DNA of 64,000 nucleotides from Tubulanus polymorphus. Lineage: Eukaryota > Animalia > Nemertea. The DNA is taken from contig NC_134028.1 in assembly GCF_964204645.1 (NCBI RefSeq), forward strand, positions 8,618,001-8,682,000. Reading direction: 5' to 3'. Below the pieces are notes generated by a model. It was not told where the DNA came from, searched no databases, and saw only the letters and a program-made list of their open reading frames with translations. How positions within the stretch are numbered: the first letter of the stretch is position 1; each line of letters begins with the position of its first letter. Shown here one piece after another: positions 23,166 to 36,762 of this stretch. Both the position numbers and the translations under genes were made by a program.

Positions 23166-24398
23166 ATGGAATAGATCATTGTATCATAAAATGACCGGTG
23201 TGTCGAATATCAACCGTCTTACTTGAGAACTTCGCCACCTTCCCATCTGGCAACCCGACTCCTCGAGCACGTTGCACATATCTCAAATAATGAAAAAAAT
23301 AGATCTAATGTGTTCGATATAATTTGAATTTATTCATAACGTTTCATATATAAATTAATTGCACAGCGAAAAAATGAAACCAAACTGAAAACGGCATCGC
23401 TTGCCAGGGCATATTGATGCCTAGATGTGACCCCGGCAAGTGATCATTTCGAGACATAATTTACAATATATTAATAAATGTCAATTATACATACAACGTA
23501 TCATATGATATACACTATCTATTCGAACTCAATATATTTCAAATAATTCTTGGAGTAATCATCTGACGATGATCAAATGATCATTTGTCAAATGATCACT
23601 CCAAGATTAAACATACAACTATTATTACGAGTATGTATTATACATTCTTAGAAAATGCGGCAGGGGCTGAATACGGTGTTTTGAGATTATACTACAACGG
23701 GATATCTAATCATGATAGTGATTGTGAGGAATAGTTTTGTCAATTATAGTAGTTATCAGCGGTTTTTATCTTGGAGTAGCCTGTCTGATTACTCCCAAGC
23801 TCTTGCTTAATCACTAAACCTAAAATTGAAGGCCGGTACTTAATCCTTTTCACGAGCGGATTCCAGTCAGCTTTTTACCAGCTGCTGCATGAGAAACCGC
23901 TCGTGAAAACGCCGGAAAATTGGACCCGACCTGGCAAAAACGCGGCGGCTGAAAATTATGCTCGCTCGTGGAAACCGCTCGTGAAAGCCAGCTTTAGAGA
24001 GTTTGTAATCTGGCTAATCCTAAAACAGGAATACGATCAACCTGCCTGAATCTCTATTTCACGAATGTGGCAGAGAACAGCATCATTTTTGACAGTCTCA
24101 GTATAATCATCGATACATTAACAAGTCTCAAATTCAATTCCGTCTAAAAATCATGAGAATATATACAACTGATACTATTACATCCGGGATACATAATATT
24201 TCTATTGTGGAATCTCAGGGAATGGTCACTTATATGGACATTATATCGTATATCACAGTTTGACAATATGTTAAGACCCCTATAATTACCTGTTTAAGCA
24301 GGGAACAAACTAATTATCTGGTTATTTAGAGTTTTATTTTCCCTTTTTTTCCTTCCAACGAAGCCATTAACTATAAATCAATACAAGCTGCAGCATTA

Positions 24399-24587
24399 AG
24401 CCCAACGCACACGGCACCGAAAAAACGTTTTTTCCTCTTGAAAAAACGTGTTCGATGTTTTTTGTTATGCCGTGTGCGGTGGAGGCAAAACACAAAAAGC
24501 CGAACTGAAAAACGTTTTTCACGAGCAAAAAACGTTTTCTGAAAAACGTGTTTTCTGTTTCGGCGAAACAAATTTGTACGTTGGGCT
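24399..24587. mobile_element. PIF/Harbinger-type MITE in unc-4 3' UTR
   Basis: TIR agcccaacg ... cgttgggct flanked by TTA on both sides (24396-24398, 24588-24590); internal aaaaacgttttt palindromes. Confidence 0.75.
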
Positions 24588-24624
24588 TTAAAGATTACGA
24601 GAGACACACACGATTCTCATGTTG

Positions 24625-25494
24625 CTAATCACTATCTCTGGTACAATCTGGTTCATTGTTATCATTTGAGGTATCGTCAGATTTTTGTTTACTTATTGAC
24701 ATGTCTTTTGGTACTAATTGCTCGTCAATGATTTCATCTTCGACAGAATGCTGCGGTTCCCGGAACGAAACGTGCGCATGTGCCGGCGTATCTAGCAAGT
24801 GCGCGTGCGCGTGCGTGATACACGCCGCTTCCGAGTCTATTTCCGGTTCGAAATCGTCGTGATTACCGAAAAACGAGGAGGAAATTTCTTTGTGAGAAGC
24901 GCGTGTAAGAGGCGAAGGAGGAGGAGATGGCTCTTCGGGGCTAGGTACTTGCTCCACGATAAATCCGACTGGTTGAGTTACAGGGTATAAAGGTACCATA
25001 CCAAACGACAACGGGTTCATAGATTTACTCGCTTGTACGCGCGGGTATTTAGAGTTAGGTCGCCGGCCACGCGGTACTTTAGGGGCCTCCAATAAACTTT
25101 CGATACTGAACGAACTTTTTAACAACGCAGCATTTACGTCTGTTTTATCGGCGTTGTCTTTGCGTAACGTTAGATTATACGGATTTTCTTCACGTTCACC
25201 GACAACGTCTATTTCAGTGACGTCATCGGTAAGCCCGACGTCACTTCCGGCATATGATGAGGATTTGCAGGAGCCGCCACTTTCACTGCCACGTTTATCT
25301 AAGTTACGTTTCATACGTTCTTCCATTTTTCGACGTTTACGGTCTTGGCGTTCTTCCTCTTTACGTTTGACTTCCTCTGGGTCGATGGGTTCTCCGCTAC
25401 ACGTTTGCGGATGAGCGTTATGTGCCGGCCGTCCCGGACCTTTCTTTGTGTTTTCCTTTTTACGCCATTTTGCTCGCCGGTTTTGAAACCACAC
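24625..25494 (-). CDS. unc-4: Unc-4/Uncx homeobox protein, exon 3 (homeodomain helix 3 plus C-terminus)
   Basis: VWFQNRRAKWRKKENTKKGPGRPAHNAHPQTCSGEPI is the Uncx signature; eh1 motif FSIESLL and PVTQPVGF motif; tttcag acceptor, TAG stop at 24627-24625. Confidence 0.96.
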   Translation of the reverse strand: MWFQNRRAKWRKKENTKKGPGRPAHNAHPQTCSGEPIDPEEVKRKEEERQDRKRRKMEERMKRNLDKRGSESGGSCKSSSYAGSDVGLTDDVTEIDVVGEREENPYNLTLRKDNADKTDVNAALLKSSFSIESLLEAPKVPRGRRPNSKYPRVQASKSMNPLSFGMVPLYPVTQPVGFIVEQVPSPEEPSPPPSPLTRASHKEISSSFFGNHDDFEPEIDSEAACITHAHAHLLDTPAHAHVSFREPQHSVEDEIIDEQLVPKDMSISKQKSDDTSNDNNEPDCTRDSD

Positions 25495-25751
25495 CTGAAA
25501 GACACAAATTAAATTGACAGATGTAATGTTCATATAATACTCTTCTGGACCCAGTTCCACAGTTGTGAGTTAGAGTTAACTCTGAGTTAAAACTAGTTTA
25601 TTTTCAATTAGTTAACTCTGAGTTAAATCTTAACTCAGAACTGTGGAACTGGCTCCTGCTATATAGGTCTCGATGTGCGTACGATATGCACGTCTTTGTA
25701 CGTACATGGAGCTTTATATCAATAGAAATTGATTTAGTGACCTATATGTAA

Positions 25752-25822
25752 GCATCGGTGGTTCAGTGGTAGAATTCTCGCCTGCCACGCGGGGGGCCCG
25801 GGTTCGATTCCCGGCCGATGCA
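25752..25822 (+). tRNA. trnG-GCC: tRNA-Gly(GCC), intronic and antisense to unc-4
   Basis: Identical 71-nt sequence to the copy at 8951-9021; TTTTT Pol III terminator just downstream. Confidence 0.97.
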
Positions 25823-28800
25823 GATGATTTTTGATATTTCTGCTACCTCGTAGAGGTATTCGCGGCCGATGCAAATGATTTTTGATATCTCTGCTACCTC
25901 GTAGAGGTATTCAACAAAATCTCTTAGATCAATTCCCAAGGTTTTCAGACCATTTGGCAGAAAACCCTTTTGTTTTTTCCTAACTATCTGCTAAAACTGC
26001 GACTGCAACTTTGAGTTAACGAATCAACCTTAAAGTAGCGTCTGGTGTTAGCCCCACTTCATGATTTTGTCCTGCAATTATAGGGTCGGCTACGGACTGC
26101 GGTTTGAGACAAATCAATTCAATAAGGATTTAACGCTTCCAATTAATAGAAAAATTCGTACAATTGTTAAATATGTTAAATTTTGGCCACACTCAAAAGC
26201 CCACCATTACGGTGAATCATGGTTGTAGGGCTGTTGACTACGATTCGGACAAATCAGTTCAATAAGGACTTATTGCTCTCAAGTCACAGAATATTACGAA
26301 TAAACCTGTTACTGCTGCTCTTCAGCTATATTTCGTATATCAACTTTTCCACTAACGATACATCAAAACTAGTGGACAACTGTGGATAATATTTAACTTA
26401 AACTAGCATATAGTAATTGATTTTTTATGAAGCATTAATTCTAGGACGGAGAGTGTAAAGAAGTTGTGATCTGATATTCAGTATGAATAAGCGGGCCGTC
26501 TGCGCTCTGGCGCTGTACCTGTCTCCGCGTTCACCGGACGATGAGTAATATACAATGTCACTTATCCATTGATTTCTATAAGGAATCTCATTCTCCTGTG
26601 TTATCAAATATTTATACATCGAGTCACTCGAGAGATTCTACTTCAATAAAAACTGACTGAACAGAATTCATTAGGACTACCTCACGTCCTTACTTCTGAG
26701 GTGCACCTCTTTTATCTTCAGTGACTTTTTTATCGGAAAAAATTCAGCTTCGTGTCTCAAATATTAATGAAACGCCAGAAATTCTATCTGCCAGTAACAA
26801 TGGAGTAATTGAATTAGAGAATACTCGATACGGCCCCGAATGAATATAATATCCAACTATCAAACTATGAAACAATTTTCTGGGCGTATTAGATAGCCGA
26901 TTGAACATGATTCACTTATTTTAATCATTCAACCCGAAAATTAGTGGGAATAATTTGAAATGGCATAAGAATGACGTCGCCACAGGTACGACTAATGTCG
27001 AACCAAATATCAATCCCAATTATGAAACCCTATTGAAAGACGTTGTTTTTATGTACATTTAGAATCTATCAATATTGACGTGTTCAGTTTAACAAGTGGA
27101 CTCGAAGAAATGGTAAAAAAACTATTAAAGGCATGGTGCCAATCCTATTTTACAATAGATTTAAATGTATGTGGGTCTCTGATTTTTAAAATATTTTACG
27201 TCGGAGTGACCCAGACTCGTGGGGGCTTCGCGCGGCGTTCGCCTCATGCGGAAAGCCGACGTATGCCGTTTTTCCCTGATGTCTGAACAATGGAAAAATG
27301 AAGGATACGTCACTGCATATGAAACCAATTTATCAGTGAACTATGCGCGGTACATGGTAACCGGTCTATTGGTATGATATGATGAATCCCAGTATGCGGA
27401 TATTTACATTGTAATAGCTCTAATGATGAACGTATACTTGTACGTTTCGTTCAGAATCAATTAAATTATTTGTAGCCGGGTAATCGCGTGAAAAGGGTTA
27501 AATAATACACCCATTAGTCGTAACTGATAATCATTCCAGTCATTTCACAGAAAACAATTGAAATCGCGTTCGGAAAATCGATTCGATACCGACAACAATA
27601 GCTCCACCTATACGCGTACTTCCGGTAGGCTTTGTCAACGGAATCAATAAGCCTGATACGTCGTGGTTGATTAAAAGTTGTCGTTATTTAATGAAACATT
27701 TCTAGTTCGACATTAAACTCATAAAACCTGCCACTAATTGAATGTAACCTGCGCTTATTGTAGAAAATGTAGTCGATATTGGCGCTGTTTTTATAGTAGT
27801 TCTTCGCTTTAAAGGATCAATATCGACTTCGACGTGACAACAAAGGCGCAATTTACACAGACTATCGCTTAACTTCACTGAAAACGATACAGACAGAAAT
27901 ATCGCTACATAGAAAATGAATTAGTGTTCTTAACACGAACACTTATGCGTCGAGTTTTTTACGTGTAATGTATATTTTGATAAGCGTAGGCCAAAAGAAA
28001 GGATCATCCGGTTTTTGAAAATAGAAATTAATTGCTGTTGGTTTTTTCGTAGGTTGATCGGCATTTGATTTAGCTGAAGAAAAAAAGCAGCGCGGAGACC
28101 GTTTCAATAACGACTGATAACTATGCTATTTATTGTAACATTGTATGAGCGTATATAATTCGCGATGGAGTTGTCGAACGACGAAAGTTGAGTGTCTTAT
28201 AGACTCGGGACTTTCTTTTTTTCTGAATAATTTATGATGGAAACGTATCACCGAAACGAATCGTTAGAAATGGCGCCGAATCTCACACACAAAGACTACA
28301 CGTTAATTGTTTGCGAGGATGAGAGATCTCAAATCGTCAGACGATGGTATATCTGAGATATTGATATTGTGAGAGTCTTTTGCTACGATTGAGAAGTGTG
28401 GCTGAGATGCGTAGACGTATCGGGCATGATTTAAATAATTCATTTTCACATGACGTTTTACGCACAAGATGCACTAGACATATATTGTTGTCGGCTATTG
28501 ATTAAAGACTATATATACATTGTATTATATCGTCATTACGCCGATGCTTTATCGCGTAGTTTAACGCGTATTTCGATAAACAATGTTTTTAATTGATTTT
28601 AGGTTTTGAATTGTTATACACGATGTTGTCAAGTAGTCGGGAGGAGTTTCCAGTCCTAGCAATAACAACACCACCTCATCCATGATCCAGGCCTGATCAC
28701 CCTTGACAGTGATATCAATAACATTAAAGATGAAACTGACCACAATATCTTTATCGATTACTGTTCCGGCTTCTGCCAGAAATTGTATACTTTAAGTATA

Positions 28801-29428
28801 ATGCACACATTTTTATGAATGCATTTTTCATTGAAATAAAAAACTATATCTAGGAAAACACAGCGGTTGAATTCCAGCTCAAATTCCTTTATACGCCCGG
28901 CACATCATGAGCATGTCGTTACATTCTTGGTATACGTAAGCTTGTAAATCTTTAGGTACATTAGGCCTACCGGTACTGCCAAATTCCTACGATACAGCGC
29001 TCGAGCTGTCACCACACATAATTTAAAATTTGAAATAACGGTCGCACGTCGATCTTATAGATCGATGGGAAAGTTTATATCCGTGTATGAAATGAAATCC
29101 ATATGTTTAGCGTTGGAATGACAACTTCCTGGTCATCTCGACGTTCTTTAGAAAATCTCACTTGAGCCTTAATTTGATTTGAGATATCGGTTTCACCGAC
29201 ACCTGCGAATCGTTCGGTTATAGTACTTAAACATAGAGTCGGTTCGAGTAAATAAAACGTGCAGTGAAATTGACTAAATAATAATAGTGTATTAGTTCAA
29301 TATGGCTGATTGTATAATTAGTTTGGATTCTGTATGGCTTCATTTCAACACGATTTCGCTAGATATGTAAACAGTTCTATTGTATTATAGGGGAATATCA
29401 ATTACACTTTAGGTATTTATTCAACTCA

Positions 29429-29728
29429 ACGCGCGATAGGAAAGAGTAAATCTCAACAATTGGAACTTATTCAACGACAATAATAGCTAAATAATAGAAA
29501 TTATATTACGATATCTCCCCGAAGTAGCTCTACTTCATATCACATTTCGGTATATCATACATTTCTAAAAAATGTGAAATTGACGCGCGATAGGAAAGAG
29601 TAAATCTCAACAATTGGAACTTATTCAACGACAATAATAGCTAAATAATAGAAATTATATTACGATATCTCCCCGAAGTAGCTCTACTTCATATCACATT
29701 TCGGTATATCATACATTTCTAAAAAATG
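29429..29728. repeat. Tandem duplication of an identical 146-bp unit (period 154)
   Basis: acgcgcgataggaaagag...atttctaaaaaatg at 29429-29574 and 29583-29728. Confidence 0.9.
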
Positions 29729-29769
29729 GAGGATTTTTGCGCATTTTTGTCGGCGGGAAAAAATTTCTC

Positions 29770-29872
29770 TGTTAAAATGAAGATAAGTAAAAATGTTGGT
29801 ACATTGTTTCTCGTTTTTGCTGTGCTTTAAAGTTGGCCTGGCCGGCCGCCTATCTACACTGTACATTACTTA
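29770..29872 (-). repeat. Interspersed repeat terminus (similar copy at about 57550-57635 +)
   Basis: Reverse complement aagtaatgtacagtgtagataggcggccggccagg...ttaaagcacagcaaaaacgagaaacaatg resembles aagttatgtacagggtagataggcgggtggccagg...ggagaaacaagg. Confidence 0.6.
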
Positions 29873-31232
29873 AAAAAATCGTGATCAAGCTATCCATTAC
29901 AGACCCGGCAGCTACAGATATGAACTGATTACAAATTTTATTGCATTTTACAAAATGAACCCCCAGCCGATTAGGAAAAACAAGATTTCATTTTCGTTTA
30001 GCCTATATTCTTCGGTGAATTGAGGTGGAATCGCAGTAAACTATATCCAATTAGTCAACGGCGCAGTGACGTCATGCTTCTTAGCGCATCTCGGAGATAA
30101 GAAATTCATTAGATTTAACCGAACGGGACACTTAATGGAAGGCAAGAGTAATTACCATCAATGTGTGTGCGATAGGAGTTTATAAATTATAAATGCTTCA
30201 CTAACTGATCGGTGCGTATCACTGTGAAGTTTTATTGCCTTCGTACAAATTACTTGCCACTTTCGTCTATAATTAGTTTCTGAATTGAGCCATTAAATCA
30301 CGTGACATCAACGAGAATTTACGAGAACGGAAATCGAGATTTGAACGATGAATTATCCCGTGTGGCCGAATATTTTATGCCAAAATAACAACAATCCCGA
30401 AAATAACGAGTTTACAGATCTATATACGAGATTGCTGGTCACTGACAAGCAGCGAAATTGTCATCGCAATTCAATGCCGTTTAACCGTTCAACTCGGATG
30501 TTTTTTTGAATATATACGTATATATTTTTTCTGTGACACTATTCATGGAATACATAACATTCAACTCGGATATAACTCAAGTCGGACACATTTTTACGGT
30601 CCCCAAAGATCCGACTAGAGTGTAGTCTTCTTTATTTTGATATGCGACTGATATTTCTTTGGGTTATGAAAATTAGGTAGAACTAGCTTTCGGCAAGAAA
30701 GAAGTGACATTTCGCTGATGAAAAAAACGCGTATTATAGCAATCCACCTATCAGTATCTGTTTACAGTCCCGATATGTATTGATAGATATTTGAGGAGGT
30801 GACGCTGGTTAGTGAGGGAATCTATCCGATAGTTACATCTGAGATATCAATCAAATTTCTGTGATATTTCACGGGTAACGGTAACTCTTGAGTCATAACT
30901 CATGCATCATTAATCTCAGTAATTGAAAAATCACGGATATTCGGATGTACCGCGGCGTTACTAACGATAGCATCTCAAAAATCATAGTCGCTGATTCAAT
31001 TTACCCGCAACGTCCAATTACAGGCCACTGAACTCCAGGGGAAAAATGCGGATTGAGACGCGCAGAGCAAAGAATGGGAAACTAACGGGCACTAACAGCG
31101 CGATTCTGTGTAAAACAAACCAGAATTCTTATTTTCTTATTTGCGACGTTCTCGTCCTATACAGTTTTCATTATCGGAGTGACATCATTCAATGGCTAAC
31201 AATTATGAATAAAATGATCAATAGATATAGCT

Positions 31233-31305
31233 GGTTCCATGGTGTAGTGGTTATCACATCTGCTTAACACGCAGAAGGTCTCGGGTTCGAAACCCGATGG
31301 AACCT
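31233..31305 (+). tRNA. trnV-AAC: tRNA-Val(AAC), copy 1, intronic and antisense to unc-4
   Basis: GGTTCCATGGTGTAGTGGTTATCACATCTGCTTAACACGCAGAAGGTCTCGGGTTCGAAACCCGATGGAACCT; anticodon arm TCTGC-TT AAC AC-GCAGA. Confidence 0.93.
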
Positions 31306-31976
31306 GATTTGTTTTTGTCTTGCTAAGCTGACGTTTGAGGAGGATTTCTGCCTCAGCAAGATCCCTACGCTAATTTCGGTTACTCGGTGATAATCTGTTT
31401 CCGCCTTTTTTATATTGATATTGATCATAGAGTTCAGGCTCGATTTTTTTGAGTCTATGGAAACGGGTGCCACAAGTGGAGCGGAGTATCCTGGACATGC
31501 CTCTTGAAATAGTTTATTGTTACAACTTCAGGGTGGCGCCTAAAAAACAACATCTGCAGTCACGTTTCTTGTTGGATATATCTTATTACGATAAAGCAGG
31601 TATTATGGTAGGTGAGACGTGTTTGATACAATAGTGTCGATTATTGACAGAAGTGTAACCCGACCCGACGTGTTCATCATTGGACAATACAATTTGAGGA
31701 CTATAAATATTATACAGACACTCAGCTACGCAAGATCTTGGAGTAATCATTTTATCAGTTATAATACTTCAAGCCAGGATGAACTTCAAAAACTGGTTCT
31801 TATTTATTATTGTGGAGAATCGAAAGTGTAAGGTTCGAACCATCATCAGCCGCGGGGTTATTCAAATCAGATCCAATGAATCTATAGAAACAGACATATT
31901 ATTTACTTTAAGTGGCAGATCGAATATTATAACTGGTTTCATAGCCTTTGAGGTCTCGGGGTGTAAAACCCGATAA

Positions 31977-32196
<220 letters not shown>

Positions 32197-32258
32197 CATG
32201 TACTGGTCAGTGGGGACGGTCATAAACAAATAACGAATGGTGTTCGGACTGGACAAGC

Positions 32259-32331
32259 GGTTCCATGGTGTAGTGGTTATCACATCTGCTTAACACGCAG
32301 AAGGTCTCGGGTTCGAAACCCGATGGAACCT
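32259..32331 (+). tRNA. trnV-AAC: tRNA-Val(AAC), copy 2
   Basis: Identical 73-nt sequence to 31233-31305, immediately followed by an oligo-T terminator. Confidence 0.93.
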
Positions 32332-35300
32332 TTTTGGATTTTGTATGTTCAAACATCTTTCGTTTTGCTAGCTGAAGTCAGAGGAGTCCCAAGGCACTTC
32401 TGCCTCAGAATTTTCAGTCATTTATCGTCCTGCAGGTTGAAGTCTGAGGAATCCCAGGACATTTCTGCTTCGACAAACCCCTAAGGTCAAGGCGACGATG
32501 ACATCTGGTTACTTGGTGACAATCAGTTTGGCTCGTGAGTGTTGGCAGCAGCTGGGTGGTCGCTAAAGCCTATTTCACTCTCGCAGTTGAAAGAGATGCT
32601 ATCATCACATCTCACCCAGCTAGCCAGCAGCTAGCAATCAAATACAAATGCATTCATTGTCTTCAACGTTAATTTCTCATCAAATCAAAGCCGACAGATG
32701 GGAGTCGTGTAATACCACTGGCGACATCTAGTGACAATTGCAGGGTACCGATGGCGGGCACGGAATACTGAGTTACCTTCTGGGGCCGGTTGCATAGCCA
32801 TGGCTTAGACTTAAGACCAGTCTAAGACCAACTACGTTCTATAGCCAATCTTACAACTTAAGAACCAGTCTTAAGATTTACCTCTTTTTGATTTAAGTCA
32901 CGACTGTGCAACTGACCCCTGGAGTCTTATCTGTTATCTCTGTTATCCCTTGGAGTAATCATTTGAAATGATTACTCCAAGGTTATCCATTATACACTAT
33001 ACAACAGTCGATTCATCCGCACAAATTGTTTATCAATTGTATGATTAATTATTAATCAACAATCAGTCATGTGTTAGAAAGATCTCTCTTACAGCAATAG
33101 TATATAGACTGTAAAGACTTTGTTCAGCTCAAGATAGCATTCTACGAGGAGCAAAAAGAAACGAAGAGTCAGAAGTGTTCAGTTTCTCGCATTATGAAAT
33201 CTGTGATAGCACCAATAACCGATCCGCTCTTATCATTTTATCATTTCGCGGAATAATTACAATATGTTAATCTGGTCCACGAAGTTTTCCGTGGTGATGA
33301 GCCTGCACAAATAACCGCGCGCCAAAATGAGCTCCTACCGTGTAGTACGTATATTTAGTTATTTCAAAAATCTCGATGTACTAAATGAGGCAGCCAACAA
33401 AATTAACCCCAATCAGACGCTTGCCGGCTCAGTCTGGTTGGAAGAAATTCAACAAAAAATCCTGTAAATTCAACCACCGATCACACATATATTTGTACAA
33501 CGATTTTCGATTTCAAAATTGAATCCCCTGTTTGTTTCCAGCAGCAGGTGTGGCGGGTTTGTTAGGGACACCAAAACAAAACAAATCAAAAGGAATCTTT
33601 CAATCAAATGAATATCTCAGGGTCCATCCCTGTTTCAGTATTAAGCGACGGCACGTCCGGCCGCTACCATGTTTCTAATGTCTTATACTCACGTGTTTAC
33701 TGAAAAGTAAAGCGTCGCTAATTTGCGGATATCGAACTCAAAAGACAGAGAAACCATCAGGGGGAAACTGTGCAGGTTTTTTTGGTAATATCGCCTTTTA
33801 ACCGACAGATATACGAAACTAACGACGTGCTTAACGCCCCGACGCGACACCATTATCCGAGAACTGAGAAATGAAATATTCACCTGACACGAGGAAAAAT
33901 AATTAAACTATACCCATGAAATGATCGCCTGATGGCGGATGAGCAAAGGTGCGAGTTACTTTCTATACCTGTCCAATAAATCATAGATATTCACCTAGTT
34001 AAACCATGATTTTTACGCCCTAAATATCTGATAAAACATAGACGAGAAACCATATCTGATTGACCGATAATTTTGAATATTTCCCACTCTCATTCAATGT
34101 CTCATTTTTGGAGGAATCTTTTTCAACTGCATCGATGAAAAAAAAAGCTAATACGATTTAGTTAATTAATTTAAGTTAGATTCAAATTTGATCGTAGCAA
34201 AGGATGTCCGATTTTACCAAGAAGAGCATATAATCCTAAACGTGATCTCTTTTTGTCACGATTGAGGGTTCTGGAATATAATCTACGCTTTCTGGTCATA
34301 GGCTTCGTATTAAAACCCATAACAGAAAAATATCTTCCGAATTTCAATATAAATGGACTCGAACCCCCATCGATAATAGATAAGTAATCACAGAGGCTCG
34401 GACCGGTTCCATTGAAATACTCACGTTGTGTTGGAGAATAAAGATTTTATTGAGCATCAAAATCAATTTGTTTTGTTCTCAACTCGGATCATGTTGTGTC
34501 TGAATATGTGCGAACACGAATCTACAGATCCCCGATACGGCCAGAACAGAGCTTGATGATGAAATCAATTTGTACTCTTAAAACATTTTAAACTGCTCAA
34601 TCGGAAATCATTAGGCATGAAGTGTCCATCTTGCGGATTTTCGAAGATGTGTCTAAGCGATCGAAATAAGATTCCTATCTCGACAACACGAATTCGGTTC
34701 ATTTCCATGAAACCAAGGAATTACTGGGCCGCATCGGATATGGATAGACACGTCAGTCTCGATGAAGTTACTCATTGGAGACTAGGGGAAATCAGCTGAA
34801 GACCAACAGAATCTTACTGACAACTGACAAGCGGACATCAACAAGAAACTTAATAAAAGTAAAATCGCAGTATCTGAAGCTAATTAAGGATTATCATATG
34901 CTGAGTTGCTCAAGTGCTTGTTTATTGCCAAACGCATGTACCGATGACGCAAGTGTGAACGGTGCCCTAAGATGTCTTAAAATTCCCCCGGGGGCCCGCT
35001 TTCACGAACGGGATTTAGCCCTAATTCGGGTTAAAAGTTAACTCCAATTCGTGAAACCGAGCCCTGGGGTAACGAGCACTGGTTTGACCTTTCAACGCGT
35101 ATTTACAGTCCACTCAATAAGATATCGAATGCAAGCGGGTCATCAGATTCGGTGACAATCGTTCGCGTTTCAAACACGTCGTGGCCGATACAAAATGACA
35201 TTATAGTTTTATTGATGAATGTTCCATCGACGGTTCGACTTCGCGAACGACTATTCAATCAACGTTTCGCTTACACTTCCGTAATAGTTTTCGTCTTAGA

Positions 35301-36586
35301 TAAAACCGTTAGATCGTCTGTCATTGTGAAGGCAATTTAATTCAGTCGACACCGTCGAGGCGAGATTTGCGTGAGATAACGCGAGACTGACGAGATTTCG
35401 CGAGATATAGTCGTCTTCTACTGACGTAAATCTCCTGATAATAGATTCCCGTTTGACATATAATTAGCAGGAATTGAAAATTAGTTCACAGCAGACCAGA
35501 CGAGAGTGAGAGTAATCTCTTCTGCTCTGCTGCTGATGGCTTGCAACAAATATTGCATCACTTTTTTCAGAAAGATGGCTGCCTCCATAAAATCAGTGTT
35601 GTCACTACTAAAATTTATCCAACTAAACTAAAATGATGAGGGCTCTTCAGACCATTCTCTTCATTCGCAACAATTTTGATGTTTCATAAATGAAAATATA
35701 CAATTCAGATGTCCCTTAATCGGAAGTTAAATTAAGCCAATCGTGGCTTACTCCGAGCATGGAGGGTCCCACCTTCCCGCTCCGGTATAACAGTTGTTAT
35801 TCAATTGATAGCCGATTCGCCTCCCGCGCGTTCTGTGGTATACTCATTCATTGCCACAAAAAGTCAAAGAATTTTTCATCTATTCACTAGTTTAATGACA
35901 ATGCTAACAGCGAGGGTTATGACGTCACATATTATAATGTCGTTACCCACTTGACAGCTAATGTGAAACCATCGTTGAGAAAACCAACAAGAAATTCGAT
36001 CTTTATTAACTTTCTAAATTGTCCTCGTAACTGCGCGTGAATACTCGAGAATACTCGAGATCTTTAGTTATAATGCTTTAATTAGTTAAATTGCTCGTTC
36101 ATAGTAACTAGTTGCCATATGTATCGATTAAAACCGAGTGGAAACGTTTCTTCTGTAAACTTAATACAATTAACTCGAGTGCTATTTTGTCTCGTTCAGT
36201 TGAGTTTTAAGTGGTTAGCCTGTACGAGTTCAGTATCAATCTCGCTCTGATTAGTCCATCTATCACGTGGTCGTCACGTTTCTACTGTAAACACGGCAGA
36301 CGATAGTCACGTGTCGTAAATCGCGAACACGTGACTGCGCCGTATAGCATAAGGCGTTTTAAACCCTTGACCAAATGGTCTCGGTTTTTGGAAATATTCT
36401 TTGGAGATTCTGAAGTTTGTAAATGGAAGATTCTATAAAAACTAGCGTCGAGTGGATCAGCGGTAAAAGGCTATGGTCTTAATGGTGGATTGATTGGTAT
36501 GCAAATTTCTAAATCCCATTTCACAGATATACGTGCTCCAACATGCAAACTTTTTAAAATGGATCTTTCGTTACGCGTATGCTTAC

Positions 36587-36762
36587 CTGAACCCGAGATT
36601 CGACTAAGTCCAATTTCAAAGCGAGTGCCTCGCGCATGAATACATCTGGATAATGACTGTCGTGAAATGCCCGTTCTAGTTCTTCTAGCTGCCATCCGCT
36701 GAAATTAGTCCGCGTTCGACGTCGTTTTGCTGATTGTCCGTCTTTACCGTCATCGGCAGAAT
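36587..36762 (-). CDS. unc-4: Unc-4/Uncx homeobox protein, exon 2 (homeodomain helices 1-2)
   Basis: [59 protein letters not shown]; tttcag acceptor (phase 1), gtaagc donor (phase 0) at the conserved paired-class intron position Q/VWF. Confidence 0.96.

Noticed and set aside
25495-25560. N-terminal extension MELGPEEYY... of the 311-aa unc-4 ORF
   Set aside because: Lies upstream of the tttcag acceptor and overlaps a MITE end; intronic.
26806-26816. Paired-class P3 palindromes TAATTGAATTA (26806) and TAATTTGATTA (41063) as unc-4 autoregulatory sites
   Set aside because: A rough estimate from the AT content predicts one to two such matches per 64 kb by chance, so there is no enrichment.
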